The notes under the pieces were generated by a model. The model did not search any database. It saw nothing but the letters and a program-made list of their open reading frames with translations, and had not been told where the DNA came from. From an uncultured bacterium (GTDB taxonomy: Bacteria > CAYJRR01), in the NCBI GenBank assembly GCA_964372275.1, contig CAYJRR010000002.1:16522-80521 (forward strand): a stretch of 64,000 nt of DNA, written 5' to 3'. Positions 27,026-36,721 of this stretch are shown here, in pieces (the stretch's first letter is position 1; every line of letters begins with the position of its first letter). A program made the position numbers and the translations under genes.

Positions 27026-30000
27026 GTGGACGGGCGGGTCATCGCCGGAAAATACGACCTCCTCCGCAAGTTGGGGGCGGGCGGGATGGCCGAAGTCTTC
27101 CTCGCGCGGCAGCGCGGCGTCGCCGGCTTCGAGAAGCTGGTGGTGGTGAAACGGATCCTGCCCCACCTCGCCGAGAACGCCGAGTTCGTGACGATGCTCC
27201 AGGCCGAAGCGCGGGTCGCCGCCGACCTGCGGCACCCGAACGTCGTCAGCGTCAACGAGGTCGGGGTCGACGACGGCGTCTGGTACATCGCCATGGAGTT
27301 CCTCGACGGGCACGACCTGGCGCGCGTCCTGCGCGAGAGCGCCGTCAAGGGGGTCCCGATCCCGTTGGAGGTCGCGGTCCAGATCGTCATCGCTTCGGCG
27401 CGAGGGCTGCACTACGCCCATCAGAAGAAAGATCTTCGCGGGCAACCTTTGAACATCGTTCATCGCGACGTCTCTCCGAAGAACCTCCACGTCACCTACG
27501 ACGGGATCACCAAGGTTCTCGACTTCGGGATCGCGCGCGCGGTGAGCACGCTTGGCGAGACCGGCGCCGGGATGGTGAAGGGGACCTTCAACTATCTCTC
27601 TCCCGAGCAGGCGATGGGGGGCGCGCTCGACGCGCGCTCCGACCAGTTCGCGCTCGGGATCGTGCTCCTCGACGTCACCACCCTGTCGGCGACGATGGGG
27701 AAGAAGCGCGAGGTTCCGATCTTCCGTCAGGCGTTCGACGGCGCGTTGAAGCGGCCGTCCTCGATCGTCGAGGGATACCCGCGCGGTCTGGAGGAGGTCG
27801 TCCTCCGATCGCTCCGCCTGCGGGTGGAGGACCGGTTCGCGAGCCTCCAGGAGATGGCGAGCGCGCTCGAGTCGTTCCTCGAGGACGCCCGACTGCGGGG
27901 GTCGGAAGCGAAGACGTCCGAGTTCCTCGCGTCGCTCCTGCCGCGGCAGGAGATGGACCTGACGCTCCCGGTGGCCGAACAGGTCCCGGCGGCGCCGGCG
28001 CCGACGCGTATCGAGCCGACGCGCATGAGTCGGTCGAACCTGCCGGCGGAGGCGGGAACGCTCGTCGGCCGGAAGCGCGAGCTGGACGCGATCGCCTCGA
28101 CCTTCGCCGACGGCGCGCGGCTGGTGACCCTCCTCGGACCGGGCGGCGCCGGGAAATCGGCGGTCGCGCTCCACTACGGCGTCACCGCGCGACCGGCCTA
28201 CGCCACCGAAGGGGGCGTCTGGATCTGCGACCTGACCGAGGCGCGCGACGCCGACGGGGTGATCGCCAGCGTCGGCCGCGCGTTGAGCGTCTCGCTCGCG
28301 CCCGGCGCGAGCAGCGCCGACGCGGTGGCGCAGATCGGCCACGCGCTCGCCGGGCGAGGGAAGATGCTCGTCCTGTTCGACACCTTCGAGCACGTGGTCG
28401 GCGCCGGACCGCAGACCGTCGCCGCGTGGATGGGGATCGCCCCCGACGCGCGCTTCCTGGTCACCAGCCGCGAGCGCCTGAAGCTCGACGGCGAGCAGGT
28501 GATCGAGCTGTCGTCGCTCTCCCTCCCCCAGGAGGGGAGGCCGGTCACCGATTCCGAGGCGGTGCAGCTCTTCACCCAGCGCGCCAAGGCGGTGCGCGCG
28601 AGCTTCTCCATCTCCAAGGCCGACGAGCCGGTGGTGGCGCAGATCGTCCAGGAGCTCGACGGGATCCCGCTGGCGATCGAGCTCGCAGCGGCGCGGATGG
28701 CGGTGCTCACCCCGGCGAAGCTGTTGGAGCGCCTGCCGCGGCGGTTCGAGCTGCTCGCCGGCGCCAAGCGCGAGGTCTCGTCGCGGCAGGCGACGTTGCG
28801 TGGCGCGATCGAATGGTCGTGGAACCTGTTGCCGGCTTGGGAACAACGGGCGCTGGCGCAGGCGTCGGTCTTCCGCGGGGGGTTCAGCCTGGAGTCGGCC
28901 GAGGCGGTGATCGACCTCTCCGGCCTCGACGGCAGCCCGATGGTCTTCGACGTCGTGCAGTCGCTCCGCGACAAGTCGCTCCTTCGCGCCTGGGAGCCGC
29001 CGGACCTGCCGGGGGAGCTGAGGTTCGCCGCCTACGTCAACGTCCGGGAGTTCGCCGCAGAGAAGCTGGAGCAGTCGGGGGCACGGGCAGAGGCGGAGCG
29101 CCGTCACGCCGAGCACTTCGTGGAGGCCTCCGGTCCCTGGATCGCCGGGGCGAATCGTCGCGAGGGACTCGAGCTGCGCAAGCGGATCGCGCTGGAGCTC
29201 GACAACCTCCAGGAGCTGTTGCGGCGCGCGGGAACGCCGAACCCGAAGGCGCCGGCCGATCCGGCCACCCGGGCGGTGTGGGCGCTTCACGCGGCGCTGG
29301 CCATCGGCCAGATCGCCGCGCGGATCCCGATGAAGGCGCACCTGGCGAACCTCGACCTCGCCGTCGGCGCCGCGGCCCATGACGGAGTCGAACGGACGCT
29401 GCTCGCCCGCGTCCTGGAGATGCGCGGCCGCGCCCGCCGGCTCGCCGGCCGCGTCGACGAATCGCTCGAGGACCTGGAGGAGGCGAAGTCGCTCTCCCGC
29501 CAAGCCGGCGATCGGGCCCTCGAGGCGCAGGTGCTGGTGCAGGTCGGAACCAGCTTCCAGGCGAAGGGGGAGAGCGAGGACGCGCGGGAAGCGGTGCAGA
29601 AGGCGCTGCTCCTCGCCCGCGAGGCGAAGGACACCGAGCGCGAGGGGCTTGCCTTCGGCTACCTGGGCACGGTGCTCCACGTCTCCGGGGACCTCGACCG
29701 GGGGATGGAGTGTTACCAGCGCTCGCTGCACCTGCTCCGCTCCGCCGGGAACGTCTGGATGGAGGCGGCGATGAGCGCCAACTTCGGCGCCTTCCTCCTC
29801 CAGGTGGGGCGCTACGAGGAGGCGCGGGCGATCCTGCAGAAGGGGTTGCAGCTCGCGCGCGAAGTCGGCGAGCGGAACTTCGAGGCGAACGCGCTGGGCC
29901 TGATCGCGACGCTGTTCCACCTCCAGGAGCGGTACGAAGAGGCGTTGATCTTCTACGACCAGGCCTACGCCCTCCAGATCCAGACCGGCGTGATCCGCTC

Positions 30001-30496
30001 CATGGCGCACGTCCACGGAAACCGCGGGCTGCTGCACCACGACATGGAGAGGATCGACCAGGCCCGCGCCGACTACGAGCGTGCGGTGGAGATCGCGCGC
30101 GGCATGGGGGATCGGCGGCTCCTGGGTCTCTACCTCGCCTACCAGGCGGCGCTCGAGGCGGAGCACGGAGAGGCCAAGCGCGCCGCGGCGCTGCTCCACG
30201 AGGCGCGGCTGCAGCACAACTTCGCGCAGAACCGGATCCTCCTCGGGGTCGACGACCTGGTGGAAGGGTTCCTCGACCTCGCCAAGGCGCGCGAGGGGAA
30301 CGCGCGCGCCCACCTCGAGAGCGCGCGGAAACGGTGCGCCACGGCCTGCGCGTCGACGCCGAAGACCGAACGCCACCCCGAGGGCGGGCCGCCGCTGGTC
30401 GCCGAGTCGGACGAGGCGCGGATGGTGTTGAAGCTGTTGGAGCGGGCGGTGAGGAAGCAGGAGCGGCGACTCACCTCGGCCGGGGCGGCGGGGTAG
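27026..30496 (+). CDS. Ser/Thr protein kinase - AAA/STAND ATPase - TPR protein
   Basis: 1156-aa ORF with a GTG start. Kinase motifs GAGGMAEV, VVVKRI, HRDVSPKNL and DFGIAR. Walker A LLGPGGAGKSAV and Walker B MLVLFDTFEHV. Long TPR region. Confidence 0.9.
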   Translation: MDGRVIAGKYDLLRKLGAGGMAEVFLARQRGVAGFEKLVVVKRILPHLAENAEFVTMLQAEARVAADLRHPNVVSVNEVGVDDGVWYIAMEFLDGHDLARVLRESAVKGVPIPLEVAVQIVIASARGLHYAHQKKDLRGQPLNIVHRDVSPKNLHVTYDGITKVLDFGIARAVSTLGETGAGMVKGTFNYLSPEQAMGGALDARSDQFALGIVLLDVTTLSATMGKKREVPIFRQAFDGALKRPSSIVEGYPRGLEEVVLRSLRLRVEDRFASLQEMASALESFLEDARLRGSEAKTSEFLASLLPRQEMDLTLPVAEQVPAAPAPTRIEPTRMSRSNLPAEAGTLVGRKRELDAIASTFADGARLVTLLGPGGAGKSAVALHYGVTARPAYATEGGVWICDLTEARDADGVIASVGRALSVSLAPGASSADAVAQIGHALAGRGKMLVLFDTFEHVVGAGPQTVAAWMGIAPDARFLVTSRERLKLDGEQVIELSSLSLPQEGRPVTDSEAVQLFTQRAKAVRASFSISKADEPVVAQIVQELDGIPLAIELAAARMAVLTPAKLLERLPRRFELLAGAKREVSSRQATLRGAIEWSWNLLPAWEQRALAQASVFRGGFSLESAEAVIDLSGLDGSPMVFDVVQSLRDKSLLRAWEPPDLPGELRFAAYVNVREFAAEKLEQSGARAEAERRHAEHFVEASGPWIAGANRREGLELRKRIALELDNLQELLRRAGTPNPKAPADPATRAVWALHAALAIGQIAARIPMKAHLANLDLAVGAAAHDGVERTLLARVLEMRGRARRLAGRVDESLEDLEEAKSLSRQAGDRALEAQVLVQVGTSFQAKGESEDAREAVQKALLLAREAKDTEREGLAFGYLGTVLHVSGDLDRGMECYQRSLHLLRSAGNVWMEAAMSANFGAFLLQVGRYEEARAILQKGLQLAREVGERNFEANALGLIATLFHLQERYEEALIFYDQAYALQIQTGVIRSMAHVHGNRGLLHHDMERIDQARADYERAVEIARGMGDRRLLGLYLAYQAALEAEHGEAKRAAALLHEARLQHNFAQNRILLGVDDLVEGFLDLAKAREGNARAHLESARKRCATACASTPKTERHPEGGPPLVAESDEARMVLKLLERAVRKQERRLTSAGAAG

Positions 30497-30518
30497 GCGT
30501 CCGCGCCGGCCTTGCAAA

Positions 30519-30547
30519 TTGACGCGACAGGCCTTTCTTGCTAGCGT
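30519..30547 (+). promoter_or_regulatory. Candidate sigma-70 promoter for coxII-ctaA-ctaB
   Basis: TTGACG-N17-TAGCGT about 45 nt upstream of the GTG at 30593. This is a pattern match only. Confidence 0.3.
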
Positions 30548-30592
30548 GCCCGGCCCGTTTTCGCTGTCGGGACGGGCAGGAAGCGATCGGTC

Positions 30593-31213
30593 GTGACGCC
30601 CACGAACATCCTCATCGCCGTTGGTGCCGGGAGCGTCGTCGCCTTCGCGGGGGTTCAGGCGGGGGTCTGGGGGCTGGCGCGGCGGTGGGGGGGGGCCGGG
30701 CGGCCGGTGCCGGGTCGGGTTCGGCTCTTCGAGGCGGCCTGGATGGCGACCCCGGCGATCCTTCTCCTCGGACTGCTCGGGTGGTCGGCGCGGGTGCTGG
30801 GGGGCGGGGTCGGGATCGTCGGCGGCGAGGCCGATCTCACCGTCCACGTCGCGGCCCGCCAGTTCGTGTGGAAGATCCGGCACGAGATCGACACCGCCGA
30901 GGGGCGGCGCGCGGTCGAGACCCTCAACCAGCTGCACCTTCCGGTGGGCAAGACGGCGCGGATCGTCCTCGAGTCCGAGGACGTGCTCCACGGGTTCTGG
31001 ATCCCGCAGCTCCGGGTGCGCGAGGAGGTCCCGCCGGGCGAAGTCCGGGAGTTCTGGATCCGGCCGACCGAGGAGGGGCAGTTCAACATCGTCTGCGCCG
31101 ACGCATGCGGCGTCGCCCACTACGCAATGCGCGGGTTCGCGCACGTCCAGGCGGAGGAGGCGTTCCGCGCGTGGCTCGACGCGGAGCGGGAGACGCAGGT
31201 CTCGCGCCGATGA
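30593..31213 (+). CDS. coxB: Cytochrome c oxidase subunit II (CuA cupredoxin, no fused cytochrome c)
   Basis: 206-aa product with two N-terminal TM helices. CuA ligand pattern VLHGFWIP .. CADACGVAHYAM (H, CxxxCxxxHxxM). Confidence 0.8.
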   Translation: MTPTNILIAVGAGSVVAFAGVQAGVWGLARRWGGAGRPVPGRVRLFEAAWMATPAILLLGLLGWSARVLGGGVGIVGGEADLTVHVAARQFVWKIRHEIDTAEGRRAVETLNQLHLPVGKTARIVLESEDVLHGFWIPQLRVREEVPPGEVREFWIRPTEEGQFNIVCADACGVAHYAMRGFAHVQAEEAFRAWLDAERETQVSRR

Positions 31214-32085
31214 CTCGCGGCGAACATGCGGCGCGCATCGTCGTGCGGTTGAACGTCGTCGCCACCTTCCTCCTGCTGCTGGTCGGCGGCGTCGTCCACG
31301 CCACCGACTCCGGGCTCGCCTGCCCGGACTGGCCGCAGTGCTTCGGGAGCTTCTTCCCGCCGATGGTGGGGAAGGTCTTCTTCGAGCACGGCCACCGCCT
31401 CTTCGCCACCGGCGTCGGTCTGCTCACCATCGCGCAACTGGCGCTCGTCTGGCGGGGGTTCCCGCCGGGGCACGCGTCGCGTTCGCTCGCGGTCGGCGCG
31501 CTCCTGCTTGTCGTGTGGCAGGGGTTGCTCGGCGGGATGACCGTCCGCATGCGCCTTCCGGACGCGGTCTCGACGGCCCACCTGGCCACGTCAATGCTCT
31601 TCTTCGCGTTGCTCGTCGTGCTTGCCTTCCGCACCCGCCCGGCGACGGTCGACCGGCCGCTCCCCCGATCCGCCGCGCGCGTAACCGGCGTGGCGGCGGT
31701 CGCGGTCTACGCGCAGCTCGTGCTCGGCGCATTGGTTCGACACACCGACGCGGGATTGGCCTGCACCCGCTTTCCGTCCTGCGACGGGATCGGAACGTCG
31801 TTGCCGATCGCGCTGCACATGTTGCACCGCGCCGGCGCGGTGATCGCCGCCGTGGCGGTGATCGCGGCGGCGTTGGTCGTTCTGCGCGCCGCGGGGGAGG
31901 CCCGGCTCGCCCGCCTGCTGGCGCTCGCCGTGCCGGGGCTCGTGGTCGTGCAGATCTTCCTGGGGGTGATGAGCGTGCTGTCGGCGCTCGAAGCGGTCCT
32001 CGTGACCGCGCACCTCGGCGTGGGGGCGCTCCTGTGGGGGACGACGGTCTCGATGTACTGCGCGGCGCGCGGGAGGACGGCGTGA
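31210..32085 (+). CDS. ctaA: Heme A synthase (COX15/CtaA)
   Basis: The ATG overlaps the coxB TGA (ATGA), in frame in track ORF 30538..32085. HATDSGLACPDWPQCFG, conserved His in TM helices (EHGHRLF, LHMLHRAG) and 8 TM-like segments. Confidence 0.85.
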   Translation: MTRGEHAARIVVRLNVVATFLLLLVGGVVHATDSGLACPDWPQCFGSFFPPMVGKVFFEHGHRLFATGVGLLTIAQLALVWRGFPPGHASRSLAVGALLLVVWQGLLGGMTVRMRLPDAVSTAHLATSMLFFALLVVLAFRTRPATVDRPLPRSAARVTGVAAVAVYAQLVLGALVRHTDAGLACTRFPSCDGIGTSLPIALHMLHRAGAVIAAVAVIAAALVVLRAAGEARLARLLALAVPGLVVVQIFLGVMSVLSALEAVLVTAHLGVGALLWGTTVSMYCAARGRTA

Positions 32086-33089
32086 GCGCCCGACCGTTCG
32101 CCGAGACCGCTCCAGTCGATTCGGGCGCGTGGCGGCCGACAGAGGCCCTGACTCATGCGGACGGCGAGGCGGCTCCGGGACTCGTCACCGATCTGCTCTC
32201 CCTCGCCAAGCCGCGGCTGACCGCGCTCGTTCTGGTGACGACCGCCGGCGGCTACTCGCTCGCCCCGGGCCGTTCGGGCCTGTGGCCGATGCTGCAGGTC
32301 GTCTTCGCCACGGCGATGCTCGTCGGGAGCGCGAACTCGCTCAACTGCTGGATGGAGCGCGACGTCGACCGCCGCATGCGGCGCACGCGGAACCGGCCGC
32401 TTCCCGCGGGTCGGCTGCGCCCGGCGGCGGCCGTGATCCAGGCGGCGCTCCTTGCATCGTTGGGCGTTCCGCTCCTGTGGTTCTCGGCCAACGGTCCGCT
32501 CGCCGCGGTGTTGGGCCTGCTCGCGATCGTCCTCTACGCCGGCGTCTACACGCCGCTCAAGCGGCGTTCGTCGCTGGCGACGGTGGTGGGGGCGATTCCG
32601 GGCGCGCTCCCTCCGCTGATCGGCTGGACCGCCGCGACCGGGCGGATCGAGCTGCCCGGCCTGGTGCTGTTCGGGATCCTCTTCCTGTGGCAGATCCCGC
32701 ATTTCCTCGCCCTCTCGGTGATGCTCGCGGAGGAGTACGCCGAAGCGGGGCTCCGCGTCCTCCCGATCGATCCCGCTGCCTTCGGCCGCGGGGAGGCGTT
32801 CACCCGGTGGAACGTCGTCCTCTGGACGCTCGCGCTCCTCCCGGTCTCGCTGCTTCCGGTGCCGCTGGGGTTGGCCGGTGAGCTCTACGGGGTGGGTGCC
32901 CTTCTCGCCGGCCTCGCCTTCCTCGGGCAGGGGGCGTTGGGACTGCGGCTCGTCGCCGCCGGGAACGGGGGGGCCGCGAGGGGCGACGCGGCGGCGCGCG
33001 AGCGGCGCTGGGCCGGCCGCCTGTTCGCGGCGTCGATCGTCTACCTGAGCGTCCTGTTCCTGCTCCTGGCGTGCGACTCCGCGTCCTGA
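32082..33089 (+). CDS. ctaB: Protoheme IX farnesyltransferase (heme O synthase)
   Basis: The GTG overlaps the ctaA TGA (GTGA), in frame in track ORF 30621..33089. UbiA-family motif NCWMERDVDRRMRRTRNRPLPAGR. Polytopic. Confidence 0.9.
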   Translation: MSARPFAETAPVDSGAWRPTEALTHADGEAAPGLVTDLLSLAKPRLTALVLVTTAGGYSLAPGRSGLWPMLQVVFATAMLVGSANSLNCWMERDVDRRMRRTRNRPLPAGRLRPAAAVIQAALLASLGVPLLWFSANGPLAAVLGLLAIVLYAGVYTPLKRRSSLATVVGAIPGALPPLIGWTAATGRIELPGLVLFGILFLWQIPHFLALSVMLAEEYAEAGLRVLPIDPAAFGRGEAFTRWNVVLWTLALLPVSLLPVPLGLAGELYGVGALLAGLAFLGQGALGLRLVAAGNGGAARGDAAARERRWAGRLFAASIVYLSVLFLLLACDSAS

Positions 33090-35740
33090 CCGTCCTGCTC
33101 CTCCTCGCCGGCCGCGCGGCGGCGGCGGCGGAGCCCGTCTCCCCCGTTCGCTACCGGATCGAGGCGCGGGTCGACGGTCCGGAGATCCGCGGCCGGACCG
33201 AGATCGAGATCGACCCGCCGCCGGACGCACCGATCGAGGACGTCGTCCTGTTCCTCTTCCCGAACCTCCTCTCCGAGCGGCTGCACGGGGAGAACTCGAA
33301 GAGCTTCTACACGATCCATCCGGCGCGCTTCGAGGCGGGGGGGATGGAACTCCTCGCGCTGGAAGGGGAGGACGGCACGCCGTTGCCGTTCGCGGGAGTC
33401 GACGTCGACCGGCCCGACGGACATGGGGGGCGCGTTCCGCTGCCGTCGATGATCGCGGTGCGGGCCGCCCTTCCGCTGCCGGCCACGACGACGGTGCGGC
33501 TCCGCGCCGAATTCCGCGTCCGCGTGCCGGTGCGGTTCGGCACCTTCTCGTGGTACCGGAACGATCTGCTGGTGAACAACGGATGGTTCCCGTTGGTGGC
33601 GGGCCGCGGGGCCGATGGCCGGTGGGACCTCTCCGCCGACCTGCCGCGTGCCGACGTCTCGTTGCGGCTCGACGTCGACGACGATCGGTGGGCGGTGGTC
33701 GACGGGACGGTGCATCCGCCGGCTGCCGGACGGGCGGCGATCGCCCACGCGACGCGCTCCCGGTCCGGTGTGATGCTGCTCGTCGCCGACCGGCTCCACC
33801 GGCGTGAGCGGGACGGCGTCGTCCTGCTCTCGCCGACGCCGCCGAAGTCCTACGAAGAACGCATCCTCGAGGTCGCCTCCAAGGCGAGGAGGAGCCTCGT
33901 GCAGCGCGGTCTCCTGCGCGAGGACGCCCCGCCGGTCACGCTCTACGAAGCCCCGCTGACCCGCGAGCTGGTCTTCCACGATGCGCCGACCGGCCTGCTC
34001 TCCTCGCGGATCTACCGCGTCTTTCCGCCGATGCGGCGCTACCACGACCTGCACGTCGCGCGCGCCGCGATCGCCGCCTCGATGCGCGAGGCCGTCTACG
34101 CCGGCGAGCCGGGCGCCGACGCGGGGTGGGTGCTGGACGCCGTCACGTGGTACCTCGCGCGGGCCTGGGCTTCGACCACCTACGGCGAGCTGCGAGATGT
34201 CCGCGAGTACGCGCGGCCGCTGTCGTTCCTCCCCGCCGTCGACCTCGTTCTCTACACCCCCGACTTCCCGTTCTTCGCGGAGTACTACGACAACCGGTTC
34301 TTCACCGACCTTCTCCGCGACGACGCCTCGCGTTTCAACCACCTCCGGCCCAACGGTCGCGTCGCCTACGACAAGCTGGTCGACCTGTCCGGCACCGTCG
34401 AAGCGTCGCGGGCGATGTGGGCCTACCTACGCGGACTCCCGGCCGGCGAAGGATTCCGCGCCACGGTGGAGCGCGAGCTGGACCGCGACCTCGGCTGGTT
34501 TTTCGACCAGTGGCGCGCGCCGCTCCCGTCGGTCAACTACGTGCTTCGTTCCGTGACCACGCGGCGGGCGCCGGACGGCACGTGGATCTCGACCGTCGGT
34601 CTGGCGCGGGAGGGGGACGCCATCGCCGAGCCGGTGCGGGTGCAGGCGATCGCCCCGGGGGCCGATGCCCGCGTCACCTGGAACTCGGACGAAGGCGCGG
34701 GGGAGCTGCAGCTGACCACCGCCCGCCGGCCTTTGGCGATCGAGCTCGACCCGAACGGTCGATTGATCGAGACCGACCGGCGCGACAACCGCATCCCGCC
34801 GGTCTGGCGCCTTCTGCTCCACTACGCCTACGTCGACTACGAGTTCAAGCTGAATACGATCGACGCCGGGTTCTCGGTCCAGGTCGAACGCTCGAACGAC
34901 CTGCGCAACCAGATCGACGTGGTCGGCTTTCGCCGCCAGCAGTCGACCGGCGCGGCGCTGGGCTACATCCGCAGCGCCGGCCGATTCACCTACTACCGCG
35001 GCCTGCTCCATCGCCTCGGCTTCTACCTGTTGGCCGAAGACCTGGAGACCCGCTACGCCCGCGAGGGGCTCCACGTCGTTCCCGGGTTCGATCCGGAGAT
35101 CAGCCGCGTCGACTCCACCCTGGGCGTCGTCGCCGCCTACCGCTACGACTCGCGGGACGACTGGCGCTTTTCGCGCCGCGGGACACGGTTCTACGCGGGG
35201 ATCGAGGCGGGGACCTCCCTCGACGAACGGTTGGACGTCTACCGGCTGGCGTCGGCCGAGGTCGTGCATCAGAAGCGTCTGAGCGACAACAACGTGCTCG
35301 CGCTGCAGCTCAAGGCGGGGACGTTCCTCGCCACCGATCCCGCGGCAGTGCCACTCTCGAAGCTGTTCTACCTGGGCGGCATCGAGGACGTGCGCGGCAT
35401 CAGCGCGCCGGAGATCGTCGGGCCCACCAAGTTCCTCGTCGGCGCCGAGTGGCGCCACTACTGGCTGCACGATCTCGACCTGAACTTCTACGTCGAGCGG
35501 ATGCGCGGCCTTCAAGGGGTGCTCTTCGTCGACTCCGGATTCATCGCCCCCCGCCTGGGGGACGTTCCGGCCCTGCCACGCTGGGTGACCAGCGTCGGCT
35601 ACGGATTTCGCGAGCACTACGACTTCCTCGGGGTGCGCCCGATGGTCTTTCGACTCGACCTCGCGCAGAGGATCGACGACCTCGCGCGCACCGGAAAGCC
35701 CGACCTGCGCCTCTACATCGGCGCAGGCCAGAGCTTCTAG
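33071..35740 (+). CDS. Outer-membrane protein: degenerate peptidase-MA-like N-terminal region + Omp85/surface-antigen-type beta-barrel
   Basis: 889-aa ORF whose GTG start overlaps the ctaB end by 19 nt. Signal peptide LTVLLLLAGRAAAAA. C-terminal barrel (FYLGGIEDVRGI..VGYGFREHYDF..LYIGAGQSF, terminal Phe). Confidence 0.7.
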   Translation: MRLRVLTVLLLLAGRAAAAAEPVSPVRYRIEARVDGPEIRGRTEIEIDPPPDAPIEDVVLFLFPNLLSERLHGENSKSFYTIHPARFEAGGMELLALEGEDGTPLPFAGVDVDRPDGHGGRVPLPSMIAVRAALPLPATTTVRLRAEFRVRVPVRFGTFSWYRNDLLVNNGWFPLVAGRGADGRWDLSADLPRADVSLRLDVDDDRWAVVDGTVHPPAAGRAAIAHATRSRSGVMLLVADRLHRRERDGVVLLSPTPPKSYEERILEVASKARRSLVQRGLLREDAPPVTLYEAPLTRELVFHDAPTGLLSSRIYRVFPPMRRYHDLHVARAAIAASMREAVYAGEPGADAGWVLDAVTWYLARAWASTTYGELRDVREYARPLSFLPAVDLVLYTPDFPFFAEYYDNRFFTDLLRDDASRFNHLRPNGRVAYDKLVDLSGTVEASRAMWAYLRGLPAGEGFRATVERELDRDLGWFFDQWRAPLPSVNYVLRSVTTRRAPDGTWISTVGLAREGDAIAEPVRVQAIAPGADARVTWNSDEGAGELQLTTARRPLAIELDPNGRLIETDRRDNRIPPVWRLLLHYAYVDYEFKLNTIDAGFSVQVERSNDLRNQIDVVGFRRQQSTGAALGYIRSAGRFTYYRGLLHRLGFYLLAEDLETRYAREGLHVVPGFDPEISRVDSTLGVVAAYRYDSRDDWRFSRRGTRFYAGIEAGTSLDERLDVYRLASAEVVHQKRLSDNNVLALQLKAGTFLATDPAAVPLSKLFYLGGIEDVRGISAPEIVGPTKFLVGAEWRHYWLHDLDLNFYVERMRGLQGVLFVDSGFIAPRLGDVPALPRWVTSVGYGFREHYDFLGVRPMVFRLDLAQRIDDLARTGKPDLRLYIGAGQSF

Positions 35741-35765
35741 CGTCCGTCCGTGCCGCGCCGGCCGG

Positions 35766-36197
35766 TCAGATCTGGATCCGGGTCGGCTTGCCGTTCTCGT
35801 CCAGGAAGACCGTCACGGTCTGTCCGACGCGGAGCCTCCGCGCCAGCTCCTCCGCCCGCTCCTCCCCTTCCACCAGCCGTTCCAGCTCCGCGAAGTCGAC
35901 CGTCAACTCGCGGCCCGCCTGCATCTGCCGCTCGTCGGCCATCGGCTGATCGACGGGCAGCTTGCGCAGCACGAGGCTGCGCCCCTCGTGGTCGACGCGC
36001 GAGATCTGGTAGGAGATCCCCGCGCCGGTTCGCTCCATGGCGGCCTGCGGCTCGCCCATCGGGCGTTCGCCCCCGCGTCCCGCTTGCGGCTCGGTGACGG
36101 GTCGTTCCCCGGGCCGCTCCATGTCGCGCCGCTCGCAACCGAGAATGCCCAGCGCGATCGCGCCGGCCACGACGAGTGCTCCGTGGATCGTTCTCAT
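35766..36197 (-). CDS. Hypothetical small lipoprotein
   Basis: 143-aa product in frame in track ORF 35766..36947. Lipobox GAIALGILGC. No recognised family. Confidence 0.55.
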   Translation of the reverse strand: MRTIHGALVVAGAIALGILGCERRDMERPGERPVTEPQAGRGGERPMGEPQAAMERTGAGISYQISRVDHEGRSLVLRKLPVDQPMADERQMQAGRELTVDFAELERLVEGEERAEELARRLRVGQTVTVFLDENGKPTRIQI

Positions 36198-36286
36198 CTC
36201 GTCCTCCCGCTCCGCGAAGCATTCGCGGATCCGCCGGGAGGGATGAGCACCCCGCGAACGGTGGCAAGCGGGGCGGGAGCGATCGG

Positions 36287-36721
36287 CTAGCGGCGCGCGC
36301 GCTCGAGCACCGATTCGAAACCGGGATCGCCGCGGAACGGCTCGAACGAGGGCTCCCCCGTGATCGCGTCCGCGTTCGTCCAACCGGCGGCGAGCGCCCG
36401 CTCCAGGCTCCCTAGCGCCGCCGCGCGATCGCCGGCCCGGACCGCCAGCGCCGCCAGCCGCTCGAAGCAGGCCCCCGCCGCGAACGGAAAGCGCTCGGCA
36501 ATCGACTCGAGCGACGCGCGTGCCTCGCCGACGCGCCCGAGGCGTTCCAGCGCTTCGGCGCGCAGCACGTGCCCCGCGAGTCCCGACGGTTCCGCGGCGA
36601 TCAGCGATTCGAAGAGCTCGAGCGCCAGCTCCGGCCGGCCCGTGCGGAGCGCCGCGAGACCGCGCGCCGCCGGGTGATCGGCGAGCAGAGGCGGAGCTTT
36701 GCTGCCGTCGCCACAGTTCAA
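36287..36721 (-). CDS. TPR-repeat protein
   Basis: A TTG at 36721 overlaps the TGA of the upstream gene (TTGA), giving 144 aa. TPR-like helices (LALELFESLIAAEP..AEALERLGRVGEARASLE..). The start is inferred. Confidence 0.5.
   Translation of the reverse strand: MNCGDGSKAPPLLADHPAARGLAALRTGRPELALELFESLIAAEPSGLAGHVLRAEALERLGRVGEARASLESIAERFPFAAGACFERLAALAVRAGDRAAALGSLERALAAGWTNADAITGEPSFEPFRGDPGFESVLERARR

Noticed and set aside
25329-30496. Alkaline-phosphatase-fold gene plus Ser/Thr kinase as a Pgl/BREX (PglZ-PglW) phage-defence locus
   Set aside because: No methyltransferase (PglX), BrxC/PglY ATPase or other BREX genes are present. The phosphatase-fold protein looks like the NPP type rather than PglZ. 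The kinase has the common STK-AAA-TPR layout.
26849-31144. 1431-aa minus-strand ORF
   Set aside because: It is antisense to the kinase-AAA-TPR gene and coxII. The composition is Arg/Pro/Gly/Glu-rich with no domain signatures, whereas the plus-strand genes have clear catalytic motifs.
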